Shown here piece by piece: positions 26,701-37,450 of a stretch of DNA of 64,000 bases; within the stretch, counting starts at the first letter, position 1, and each line of letters opens with the position of its first letter. Made by a program: the position numbers and the translations under genes. The stretch spans positions 22,320,001 through 22,384,000 of the forward strand of contig NW_025963846.1 of the NCBI RefSeq assembly GCF_023055435.1, read 5' to 3'. The notes beneath the pieces were generated by a model that did not search any database, had not been told where the DNA came from, and saw nothing but the letters and a program-made list of their open reading frames with translations. Origin of the DNA: Haliotis rufescens. Lineage: Eukaryota.

Positions 26701-29700
26701 ATCTGCACATTGAAATCGAAGAATATTTCGTTATGCTATTTTGATTGGACTTGTTAGTCCAGCCAAAATATAACTCCATAATTTCAGTCTAATTTCGGCT
26801 AGGTTGGAAACTGGACTTTTAGAGTCATTTAACTCTCTTGCCTTGGGAAGATGCAGTGTTCGCGTTAACGCAGAAACCTGCATTTTTCACGCATTAAAAT
26901 CATATAAACACGCAAAAATATTTTGCATGCGTCTTTTGCACGCACAGATTGTGTTATACTTAATTCTGTATTAATACCATAAAAACAAAAAACTATTCAA
27001 AGCTGATAGCCTGCTTACAATGTTCAGACGAAAATAAATCAAAACCTGGAAATTCCCATTGCTAAAAATAGAATGTGACCAGATGGCGCTTTGAATCGCG
27101 TGCTTTATATTTCAAAAAATTTTCTTTGGGCAACAGAATAACTAATCTCAGACACAGGACGTCATTCGTTACTATCGATGGAATTCCCCAGAAGTCGTTC
27201 GTTTCATCCAATCAGAGCCCAGCTTACAAGTAATAGTCGGTAATACGAACGATCATAAACAGAGCGACGGAAGAAAACTTCCACACATGGGCATGTGCTA
27301 ACAACAGTCATATTTATTCTATTAATGATAGAGCGTTCATTATATCAAAACTGGACCGTAAGTTAAAGCTTGGTCATAATTATTAGCTGTACTAGTACTG
27401 ATTTTATTGAAATAAAAACTTCACACGTGAAATATTTGAATTGAAAATTTATTATTTCATTTCTGCACGCACTGTACAAAAACCTACCGCGAACACTGAA
27501 GATGGCTACACGTATATGACAGCTGTCTGTAAATAATCGAGTCTGCACCAGACAATCCATCCAGGACATGCATTTGCCAAGTCACAGAGCCTAACCTCCC
27601 GATCCAGTTAGATCCTCTTATGACAAGCATAAGATGCTGAACACCAATTCTAACCCGAGACTTCACGAGGCTCGTGCTAAGAAATGGATGGCAGGAACCA
27701 ATGGACTAGTGATTTTTGGATAGCAGCACAAAAGACTAACATACACGCCATGATAAGCTTACGTGAAGCTTTGGTCCAGATGAGCAAAAATGATAACGCT
27801 TAGTTTTACAACACCATGTCTGATTTTGTTTTCATACCTGTCTGGTACGTTTCTTGCCCTTCCAAATGCAGCTTGCCCAACATCTTCACTGTAGCACATC
27901 TTTTTACTAGGCTCTCCATCTCCTTCGTCTCGCATACTGCGTGGACTATACCGGTTTTCTTCTCTCTCAACAATCTCCTCGTCAGAATCTCTTGCTTTGT
28001 GATGGTAATCAAATACCGCCATCTGTTGGGCTGGCAGGTTCTCAAGATCACCCCCTCTCTCTGAGATATAAAGAAAATAATGTACCATGATGTACAGCAT
28101 GCTCTAAATCTTTTCTTTGGAAAATTCATAATACCAGTGATCAGGAGTGGGGGTGGGGGGTGGGGGAAAAGAAAGGGATTGGTCAAAGGACTTAGGACAA
28201 CAATAACAATAACAATAACAACAACAACAACAACAACATCAACAACAGGCAAATTATATTGCGCATATTGCTGCACCACACAGGGGATTGCTCAAAACGC
28301 TATTATTACACCGGTCACTGGATCAGTGTGCTCTCAACAATCATTCTCAGCTCCCTGGGGAGTATACAACCCAAGCTGACTGTTAGGTGCTAGAAGCTTA
28401 ACAACCACATTGCAATCACATCCTACCGGGTACCCATTCACTGCTGGATGAACACAGGCACAAGGAGACACCACATGTGGAACATGTGCTTAAGTGTGGG
28501 GCAGGACCGAAGCCCTAATAACTCTTGAGGAGCCAAGCTGCCGAACACGGTCCCCATCCAAGGACTCACCGCGTACGCCGTTGCTTAACTTCACCTGCTT
28601 TGTGACCTGTGAGCTGTGCATAGGACCACGTGCCGCCACGTATCATTTTGTTTCTGCCACCTCCTACCCCTCATACATGTACATGAACACTTGTCAATGA
28701 CACGCACGGACAATGGTTCCAGTTCCTAAATAATGTTTCAAATTTCTAACTTTATTGTTTGTGCCACCTCCCCTGCACACCCAAGGTGTGAAAATGTTTG
28801 CTGTGTTTTCCCTCCTCATCACACCGACAAGCCCTCCCTAATAATAATAAATTACCAGTCCCTGAGGTGGTCTTGATATACTCCAGGTTTTCTGTTATAT
28901 TGACAGACTTAAATATAGTGCGCTGCAGACTGTGCCAAAAACATTTGAGTTTATTTGATTATAATTGTATCTTGGCAGTATTTGCAGTAGACTTAGTTCT
29001 TTGCATGTGGACTTGCATCAGCTGATCTTGTTTGTTTGTTTGTTTGTTTGCTGTTTAAAGCAATATTCCAGCTACATGATGGTGGTCTGGACCGGACACT
29101 CCAGTGACTGACATCATGAGCATCGATCCACGCAGATGGGATACGATGACATGCATCAACTAAGTCAGCAAACCTGACCACCCGATCCCGTTAGTCGCCT
29201 CTCACGACAAGCATTGTCGCCTTCTACGGCAAGCATGGGTTGCTGAAGACCTATTCTACCCCGGATCTTCACTGGGTACACTGTTACATATCTGTCTTAG
29301 CCTGGTCTGTTCTGAGTATTTACTTCCATGTTATCAATCACACTGGGTATGTGTAGGTTTCTTTGGATAGTCAAAATGTTCGAGTCTGTTGGGTATTTAT
29401 GAACCAATGATACCCATTTAATATAATTTTGCTTAAAATGCTGTCTTCAATTTGTGTAGTATTCACTGCAGCAGAATTCATGTATGTGTGATGCCTGCTT
29501 CTTATCGTATTACAGTATTTAAATAAACAACAAGTGGGAGTTGTTTATCGTACAATAAAACACTGCAGATACTTTTACACCAGACTGTAACTCTCCACGA
29601 AAGAGAAAGAGTAAGCTAGGGTGAGTGAGTGAGTGAGTTGGGTTTAACGCGCTTTTAACAGTATTCCAGTTATATCACAGCGTGTCAGCTTAATGTGGGA

Positions 29701-30454
29701 GGAAAGCCCGAAGTGATGCAGGTCTCAGACGTTTATCACTTCGGTGAAACCCACGAGCACGGGTATGGTGCTGACAAACCTAGAAACATAATCGGGGCGA
29801 ACCGGGATTTGAACCCACAATCATAGGTTTCAGGCGTGCCCAAGGGACGCAACTCTGCACAGCGAATCACGGCGCCTTAGACGACTGGGCCACACGTGCC
29901 CCCAGTAAGCTAGGGACATCATGTGATTAAGTTGCGCAGGTATCAAGCAATGCACAGACCATTGTTAGTGATAGTAGCCATGGTAACAGCTGGGGTGTGT
30001 TTGTGCTAGGTGTTTTTTGATGCTGGAAAAGCCATTTGGGGGATCATATCCACACAAGGATCGAGAAAAAAGAAGATATGCACATTGTTAGATAGGAAAC
30101 GTCTTAAAAAATATAGTTTTCAGCATGCTAATCACCGGTTAAACTAAACATATTCTACTGGCACTCACCAAGTCTCCTCTTACGAGGCATTCTGTCCAAG
30201 TGAGGATTTCTATCCGGAGACTCCCTGTCCATGTCATCCCCCTTCCAGTACCCAGTGTCTCTCTCACTGCTATTGTTAAGGTTCATATGATCTCGTCTCA
30301 TCATAAAGTGCTTCCCTTGCCGAGCTTGATCTGGAGGTCCAGCCATTACTGGGAACATACTGCCCCTGGGCACTGGTATGGTGGCTGTGTTAGGAGATGG
30401 ACCCATCATAAAGTTTACACCAGGCCTGGGACCTGGAAACCGGTTAAAGGCCAT
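10338..30454 (-). CDS. Uncharacterised RNA-binding/zinc-finger protein (RD repeats, RanBP2 finger, RRM, 3 paired-C2H2 modules, C-terminal FLxWTD coiled coil), ~1246 aa
   Basis: Exons (minus): 30454-30169, 28060-27838, 25293-23889, 23009-22952, 21178-21129, 20736-20582, 18911-18794, 11783-10338. GT-AG, intron phases 1,2,0,1,0,2,0; total 3741 nt open to TAA. The junction 18794->11783 is inferred from phase only. Confidence 0.78.
13760..15950. repeat. Intronic ~119-120-bp satellite, about 12 well-conserved units (14450-15950) plus degenerate units
   Basis: Unit gcacacatcaaacgtcttcagcaccaaggtgatatcaatcttcagaaaaagccaa...ccaatacaataat. Confidence 0.92.
18470..18725 (-). mobile_element. SINE-like family B (~240 bp, no tRNA head, (CAAA/CAAC)n tail), representative copy
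   Basis: Begins gacccgtgaagatccggggtagaat; flanked by tcaaatgtgg duplication. Other copies near 1605, 2000, 2805, 3275, 20380, 23385, 27500, 29030, 31290, 42180, 59215 (-) and 37480, 38645 (+). Confidence 0.85.
18794..20736 (-). CDS. RRM of the downstream gene (two exons: 20736-20582 and 18911-18794)
   Basis: RNP2 RIHVSNL ... EDLYNTFSECGKV; RNP1 SKGYGFVSF; phase-2 junction is consistent. Confidence 0.85.
21636..21870. repeat. 40-bp tandem repeat, 5 copies plus a degenerate one
   Basis: gtgaggttttactttttccaggtaggacctcatcc(t/c)ggat. Confidence 0.92.
22462..22810. mobile_element. Tc1/mariner-type MITE (TA TSD)
   Basis: ta|ccgtatttgacataataag...cttattaagtcaaatacgg|ta. Confidence 0.78.
22952..23009 (-). 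CDS. RanBP2-type finger micro-exon of the downstream gene
   Basis: ttttcag|CGLNNFISRLKCYKCKKFR|gtaagt completes W-x-C-x2-C-x3-N-x6-C-x2-C. Confidence 0.85.
23889..25293 (-). CDS. Large Arg/Asp/Ser-rich exon ending in the first half of a RanBP2 finger (WKCVG)
   Basis: 1405-nt open exon, ttcag acceptor and GGG|gtatgt donor; corresponds to ORF 23844..25253. Confidence 0.85.
24362..24645 (-). repeat. Coding 18-bp tandem repeat, (RDSR[L/Q]D)n, about 16 copies
   Basis: tcttgaatctctatct(a/t)g repeated. Confidence 0.95.
25422..25582. other. Assembly gap (N run)
   Basis: N run adjacent to a SINE A copy. Confidence 1.
26011..26158. other. Assembly gap (N run)
   Basis: N run adjacent to a SINE A copy. 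Confidence 1.
26532..26853. mobile_element. MITE-like element with ~30-bp imperfect TIRs
   Basis: catcttccctaggcaagggagttaactgact vs agtcatttaactctcttgccttgggaagatg. Confidence 0.65.
28250..28640 (-). mobile_element. SINE-like family E with a 5S-like promoter segment and a Deu/Nin-like core
   Basis: gaagttaagcaa...ccttggatggggacc followed by ccagcagtgaatgggtacc core. Other copies near 12760-13130(+), 39610(-), 40700(-), 42680(-). Confidence 0.6.
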
Positions 30455-31526
30455 ATTGTCTGAAAATAATAATAGGTGAGGTGAGGTGAAATTGGGTTTA
30501 ACGTCGCGTCCAAGATTATTGCACTTATATAGCGACGTGCTTGCACGTGTATGTGTGTGTGTGGCTGCTTGTACTAGTCCGGACTGATGCAGATTTATAG
30601 TGCTAGCTCACTGAGATACCATGCCGCAGTTTAACATGAATACCCCACTCAGACACAGTATACTGACTCCGAGCCGACCAGTCCTTGTTTTAGCCCCTTA
30701 ATGCCGAGTGCCAGACAGGGTAACAACTAGTACAATCTTTTAACGTCTTTACGTATGTCGCGGCCGGGGAACAAACCCCGGACCCTCCGCACTCCGGGCG
30801 GACGCTCTACCACTAGACCACGGAGGCGGTCGAAAATAATATGTGGTTTATGTTCTCACTATTACTGATCATGTTAAAGTTGACTGGGTGTGTACTAATA
30901 TCATTCAGAAGCAGATCTTTTTCTCCTCTCCCATACGATACCTCCCTGCATCATTTGCTGAGGACATTTCATGGACGGTCGCATAAGATGAGCCCTGATT
31001 TGGCTGCCCAATCGCGATGCAGACTGAGTCGGTTCTTGACCCAATCATAGTTGGCTTCATATCTTTACATCAATTTCAAATCACTATTTTAATAAATGAA
31101 AACCCAAACCTAACACAAATATTTCATCAATCTGACCTTCTTTTGGATCTCAGTGCCATGTCGCAAAAAAAACAACAGCGAAAATAAATCCACCACAAAA
31201 TAATGGCACTGCTATAATTTTGGGCAGTCTCAAGACCCTGATTATATATCTGTTTTTGAAATACACAAATCAGATGCTTGTCTGAACACATTTTTGTTTG
31301 TTTGTTTGTTGTTTAACGCCGCACTCAGCAATATTCCAGCTACATGACGGCAGTCTGTAAATAATCGAGTCGGGACCAGCGACTGACATCATGAGCATCG
31401 ATTCATGCAATTGGGATAACAACCAATTAAAAAGTCATTCAAATTTAAATGAGTTTTCATTTAAATAAAACCACACTTAAAAAATATTTAGTTCCACTGC
31501 ACAACACGGCTACGTTACCCTAATAA

Positions 31527-31712
31527 TCGTAAAGGGGTGACGGATCGTAAAGGGGTGACGGATCGTAAAGGGGGTGACGGATCGTAAAAGGGTGACAGAT
31601 CGTAAAGGGGTGACAGATCGTAAAGGGGTGACGGATCTAAAGGGGTGACGGGTCGTAAAGGGGTGACGGATCTAAAGGGGTGACGGGTCGTAAAGGGGTG
31701 ACGGATCGTAAA
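31527..31712. repeat. ~18-bp tandem repeat, about 10 copies
   Basis: gatcgtaaaggggtgacg. Confidence 0.92.
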
Positions 31713-34304
31713 GAGGTATACAAGGGCTAAAGATAGAGTTCAGGGTAACCTATCCGAACACAATAAACTAACCCTAAGCAAAGACAATCAGTGAAGCCAT
31801 TGCCACAAAAACTGGGTACCACAAAGTGGGTACCTAACCCTAATGATCATTACGTGTGGAGATAAGAGATCACTGAGAGCAGCTTATGCACACTCAAATG
31901 CTCGGCTGACGTCACAGGGCATAGTTTTGCCGGTGTGTTTTGTCACAAATTTTCACAAATTACAGACGTGTTTGTAAACTTTTGTGGTGCTGAATTCTAA
32001 AGGTAGGCCATACAAATTGTATGGACTTTCTTCCCATTAAATTGGATTAAATTGTTAATACGGGTACCTTACCCAGGGTGCAGGCTAAAACGGCACCTCA
32101 GCAAAATGGCACCAATTTCTTGGGCCAAAAACGGCACCTCATTTGGAAAAAATGGCTACTAATTGTCGTGTGAAAACGACACCTTTAATTTTAATAACGA
32201 TAAGAATGATTTATGTAGTAGTATATATGCTATATTTACATGCTTTATAATGTTCATATCTTGTAGTATATATGTTTTCCTTGGGCAATCTTGAAACATG
32301 TCGGCTGCCAGCAGAAAGGGGAGATATCTATGAAATAGCAATAAAATTACTATTTATTTCCTACTTACTAAAATAAATATTAAATATATAGTATTCCTGT
32401 AGTCCAATTTCTTGACATTTCTGCCAGATTCTGAGTTAATTGACATTGAGTAAATTTGGGTAAAGGTACTTAAAACTTCAAAGCATGTGATGCACATTTT
32501 TCCCACACTGTGGCCAGAATCTATTAGATCATAATGGCCATAATGCCATACTTAAAAATATGTTTTTCATTAGTACTAGTAGCCAAATGAAAGTTTACTT
32601 GAGTAACTGTGGGTTATATCATTGACCATTGATAGATGTGGGGGGGTAGGGCAATATCAAAAAAGATGCCTGAGGTAAAATCCCGCAATACGATGAATGC
32701 CGCAGTACCACAAGGTCCGAAGGTACTTTTAGCATACTAGGAGTGCTTTTTATATATTTATTGTTAACTTTTTTCAACTTTTTCGGACACATTATTTTCA
32801 TCCAATTTTTTATAACAAATATTTTAAAATATGTTTTCTGATATTTCGTTGTTGATTTTTTACAAATATTTTGTTCTTACTTTTCGGTAAATATGCATTC
32901 AATACATATTACTAATTACACATTTAGAATTTTACTTGTGCCGTCTTTGCAATTATCTGGACAAATCACTGAAGCCTGGTATCATCCTACTCAGTGGTTG
33001 GTAGAATTATGTCCTCTTTTGGTCCATCGGACCTCCTGTACCGCGATACGATGGAGTTCTCTCCCTTGTCAAACAGAGCGCGAGGCCCGGCTTTTACTCG
33101 GGGCTACTAATGTAAATAATGAACTTGTATCTGTAAAATATGCATTGTTAGATAAAATAAATGACATCTGATATAGAGAACACGAATAATCATAAAGGTT
33201 AGTGAGTGCATTTTGTCCCGTTTAGCGTACATAACAAGTACCGCGATACCCCGAGGTATCTGGACAATCGTGTATTAGCCATGCCGACGACCCCTTCAGC
33301 CCTAATGCTCGGAGCTTGTGCCACGGTTGTCATTCATGACAGTTTCCAAACAAACGGCAAGAAATACTTTTATATCTATCAAGTTCGAAAATATATACCT
33401 TCTACTGGCTTCTACATCACACCGTTCTATGTGTTGATGTCAGACTTGACGGATGATCTTGTCCTATTTCCGTTGACACCGGAAATGTCAAATACATGGA
33501 ACTCTCAATAATACATTTTAACCGGACCACTTTGCAATATACCATACACAAACCCTTACAACACTGATTGGTTGACGTTATGCACACTCGTAGATAGCGT
33601 TTCTCAGCAGAAGTCAAAAGACAAGATGTATTTAAAATTATATCGATTCTAAATTCAGTTTCGCAGCAATTATTCCAGAAAGCTGTATGATATTGGAAGG
33701 GTTGAGCAAAATTCTCCTTGTGGGATTTTGTTGATAAAAGGGCCTGTTATGACAAGTGGGGTCACTTATTTCAGTCGCATTTTTACCAATTTATGATACT
33801 TACACAAAAGATCCCTTTTAATTAATGTAAGATGGATCAAGAGCGTTTCCAAAAGACAAGTTGGCTTATATTTTACTGGTGACCAGACTATAGAATATAA
33901 TCAACTCTTGGTTGACATAATTACATGTGGCACGCATTGTAGGAAAAGAAATAATGTGCCCTTTTATCCGGGCAAATGTCCAAAGAACACAGTTCGTTAC
34001 TTTTATTTACTTTAAATCTAATTATTTAATACATATAAATATTTATTTAAAAATAAATGAGCACCCGTTTTTGTTTGGAAAACAAAATTGAGCTCCTAAC
34101 AATAAAAATAATGCTCTTCTCAAACCACAGCAGCTGCCATGAAGTGGAACAAACTTCAAGACAATCTCAGGACAGTGCCAACAAATATTTTTCAACTTGA
34201 TACTTATCTATGTATAATCTGACTTTTAACTAACATTGTATGCGCCATGACATATTATCGATGTAGGGTTTGGAGCCATATACAGACATTTATTGTTGTC
34301 ACAG

Positions 34305-34470
34305 GGGCAGTCGGGTAGCCTAGTGGTTAAAGAGTTCGCTCGTCACGCCGAAGACCCGGGTTCGATTCCCGACATGGGTACAATGTGTGAAGCCCATTTC
34401 TGGTGTCCCCCGCAGTGATATTGCTGGAATATTGCTAAAAGCGGCGTAAAACCATACTCACTCACTCACT
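34305..34470 (+). mobile_element. tRNA-derived SINE family A (~165 bp, (ACTC)n tail), representative copy
   Basis: Box A tagcctagtgg and box B ggttcgattcc. Other copies near 2159(+), 4410(-), 4635(-), 8350(-), 11970(-), 21465(-), 23620(-), 25585(-), 25870(-), 37072(+), 39070(+), 45455(-), 52375(-), 53363(-), 61695(-), 63826(-); several have 10-14 bp TSDs. Confidence 0.9.
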
Positions 34471-36369
34471 ATTGTTGTTACGGGTATGGTGCTGACAAAC
34501 CTGGAAACATAATCGGGGCGAACCGGGAATCGAACCCACAATCATAGGTTTCTGGCGTGCCCAAGGGACGCAATTCTGCGCAGCGAATCGCGGCGCCTTA
34601 AACGGCTGGGCCACCCGTGCCCAAACTATCTCAGGACAGTGCCAACAAATATTTTTCAACTTGATACTTATCTATTTCATCTGACTTTTTACTAACATTG
34701 TATGCGCCATGACATATTATCGATGTAGGGTTTGTAGCCATATACAGACATTTATTGTTGTCATAAAATCCCGACCCCCTCTCTCAAAATCAAATAGTTG
34801 TTCCATTAGTACCATACGGTGGTGGATGGTCCAAGGGTATTTATCATTATATAGAATGGAGATATAATTCATAGGATGGTCGATTTTGATGTTAAATATA
34901 GACAGACAGACCGTCTATCTGTCTGATGTCAAATATAGTAATGTACGTGTTATACTGACATAGGCTGAGTGAGCAAAACTCCAGAATTGAAAACCGAAAA
35001 AGGAGGGTGCCAACCGCTTCCTCCACTGAATCCTGAATACCATCTAATAATTAACTATGAAACTGTAGCGTGAGTCCTACTTACACTCATCCCCAAAGCA
35101 CATCACAAATTTCCACTCTACACAGGCAGAATGTTGATCACGGACAAAAACCTATAGAGCACGTTCATAGATCATACATTTTGTATGGGCGTTTGTTACA
35201 ATAAGGGCGTTCAAGGCTTCTACATTTCAAATTGCCGTTAGGAAGCCATCTTTGATTAAAAACCAGAAACATTACAAAATATGAAAGTTGGGGGGCAAGA
35301 TGTTCACATTCTGTAATACTAAGTTTGCTCAAGACATCTTAATCGGAAAACAAATATTGCTGTCAGTGGCCACATTTGAAAATACACAAAATCATGAGTC
35401 ATCCGTCATAAACTTAGTCTTATCAGAAGCCATTTGACGAATGAAGCTGACACACCCCTTTGTCTAAGGGGTTCGAATCTGATTTTCAATATGGCAACCA
35501 CACAATTATCTGTTAGTAGAGGGGCCCAAACATCTTGACCTTGGTTTGACCTTTGTACTTTGGACCATGCCCAAACATTCTCTCAAAATGCATCCTCGCA
35601 CTGAAAACATCTCCGCAGAAACCACAGAACCAATCTGAACATGTTCAAGGGGTTTGAATCTGATATTTAATATGACCGCCACATCAGTCGTACTTAAATA
35701 GCTACTTCAAGACCGCCGATTAGCCATTTCTTCTCAGCATGTTCTGTAACGATCTTAAATTCGCTCAAAATGCAGTTTCGAGTCTGTAAACATCTCAGAA
35801 ATTGCCTGCTTGAGGATACTCAAATCTATGTATGGTTCCCCTTATGTTCGAATCATAAGGAATTTATCGCTTATATTTCGAGAAACAATTACAAAAAAAT
35901 GAATGGCACCAACAAACCCTTTCTCATTATTAGGTTTTTGAGTCTCAGTTGAAATTTTGTGTAAAGTAGTAAAGTACCTTCAACTGTTGTGTATTCCATT
36001 TATGTTCTTTACATTCATTCTTGCAAATTTAGAAACATTGGGGATAGTTTCTGGTTTCATATTTGTTACTACTTTTGTCCTAGGTATTTAAGCAGAGGAC
36101 TACCAATTCTGACAGTTTTAAACTGTTTTTACGTGGCTGTCTTTGCTCACAATTTAAACTGTTGACACATATTCAGGTATAATGTATGGTCCAACATTAT
36201 TGCCAATATAAACGCATTACCTATTTCAGAAATTAAGGCAATACTTCTATTCCCAACATAAACATGTAACCTCCATGTCAAATAGAGTATTGTAACCTCT
36301 GTCAACATCAATAATCGTGTAGATTCTGTATCAAATATACTAACGGAAAAAGTAGCGGTGTTTTATATC

Positions 36370-37450
36370 AAGTGGTGTAAATGTTATGTTGTTGAAAATA
36401 GGGGTGGTGAAACAACCGAATGGAGAATGTCAACCATTTGCGTTGATAAAGGCGAGGCAGCGGCGGTGCATTGAAGGCACAAGATGATTGAAAAAGCTTG
36501 GGGGATGTTGTTCCAAATGTCAACCAGAGATTACCGTCTGGTTCCGGTCCTGTCGTTGGCGTTGTTCTATCCCATCCCAGACATGTTCTGTTGGGGAGAG
36601 GTCTGGAGAAAATGCCGGCCATGGCAGTACAGCAATGCAATGCTGCCTCAAAATGTATGTCACAACACGTGCAACATGTGGGCGGGCATTGCCCTATACT
36701 CTTAAGTGAAGTTACGGTAGAACAGGGCCTCAAACGATGACGTCCCGGTAGTGTCCGCCATTCAAATTGCAATTAACAATGAATTGTGTTCTCCCATGAG
36801 TTGTGATGCCATCCCCTACCATCACACTTCGCCCCAAACTGTCGACGTTGAGTAACACAAGCGTCGCTGAAGAGTTCTCTTGGACGCCCTTGCACGACCA
36901 TCAGAGCTGTCCAGATGACACCTGGACTCATCTGTGTACATGATACTGTCCAAGTCTTGTATTGAACCTCGGACGGTGTCTACACCAAGCAAGGCGTGCC
37001 TGAAGGTGACATTGAAGCAAAATTGGGCCTATCATTGGACGTTGGGGCTGGATGTTGTGCTCCTATCAACGGGGGGCGGTCGGGTAGCCTGGTGGTTAAA
37101 GCGTTCGCTCGTCACGCCGAAGACCCGGGTTCGATTCCCGACATGGGTACAATGTGTGAAGCCCATTTCTGGTGTCCCCCGCCGTGATGTTGCTGGAATA
37201 TTGCTAAAAGCGGCGTAAAACCATACTCACTCACTCCTATCAACGGGTGTGTAAGGCCACTAACTGGCTTCAACACGGGAATTGTCCGAGCTGTTAATGT
37301 GGCAGTTTGGTATCGATTCCGTAGATGCACAAACCGAATATGGTTGTCTTGTTGACGTGACGTCATACGTGGACGTTGCAAGTTATGAGAGTTACCCTGA
37401 TGTAGATAACGTCTCCAAAGAGATGATATTTGTTTCGATGAACATGGAAA
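36370..37450 (-). mobile_element. Tc1-family transposase relic
   Basis: RPRMTSRQQDNHIRFVHLRNRYQTAT (DNA-binding region), YTDESR, WPAFSPDLSPTEHVWD (DDE signature); frameshifted and interrupted by a SINE. Confidence 0.82.
37072..37235 (+). mobile_element. SINE family A inserted in the Tc1 relic
   Basis: TSD ctcctatcaac on both sides. Confidence 0.9.

Noticed and set aside
34305-34380. tRNA gene calls for the GGTTCGATTCC-containing heads
   Set aside because: They are SINE heads: fused to a constant body and tail, multi-copy, with TSDs and no complete acceptor stem.
31130-35260. Non-coding first exon or promoter of the downstream gene (candidate donors near 31136 and 35084)
   Set aside because: The acceptor at 30460 implies an upstream exon, but the candidates cannot be distinguished without transcript data.
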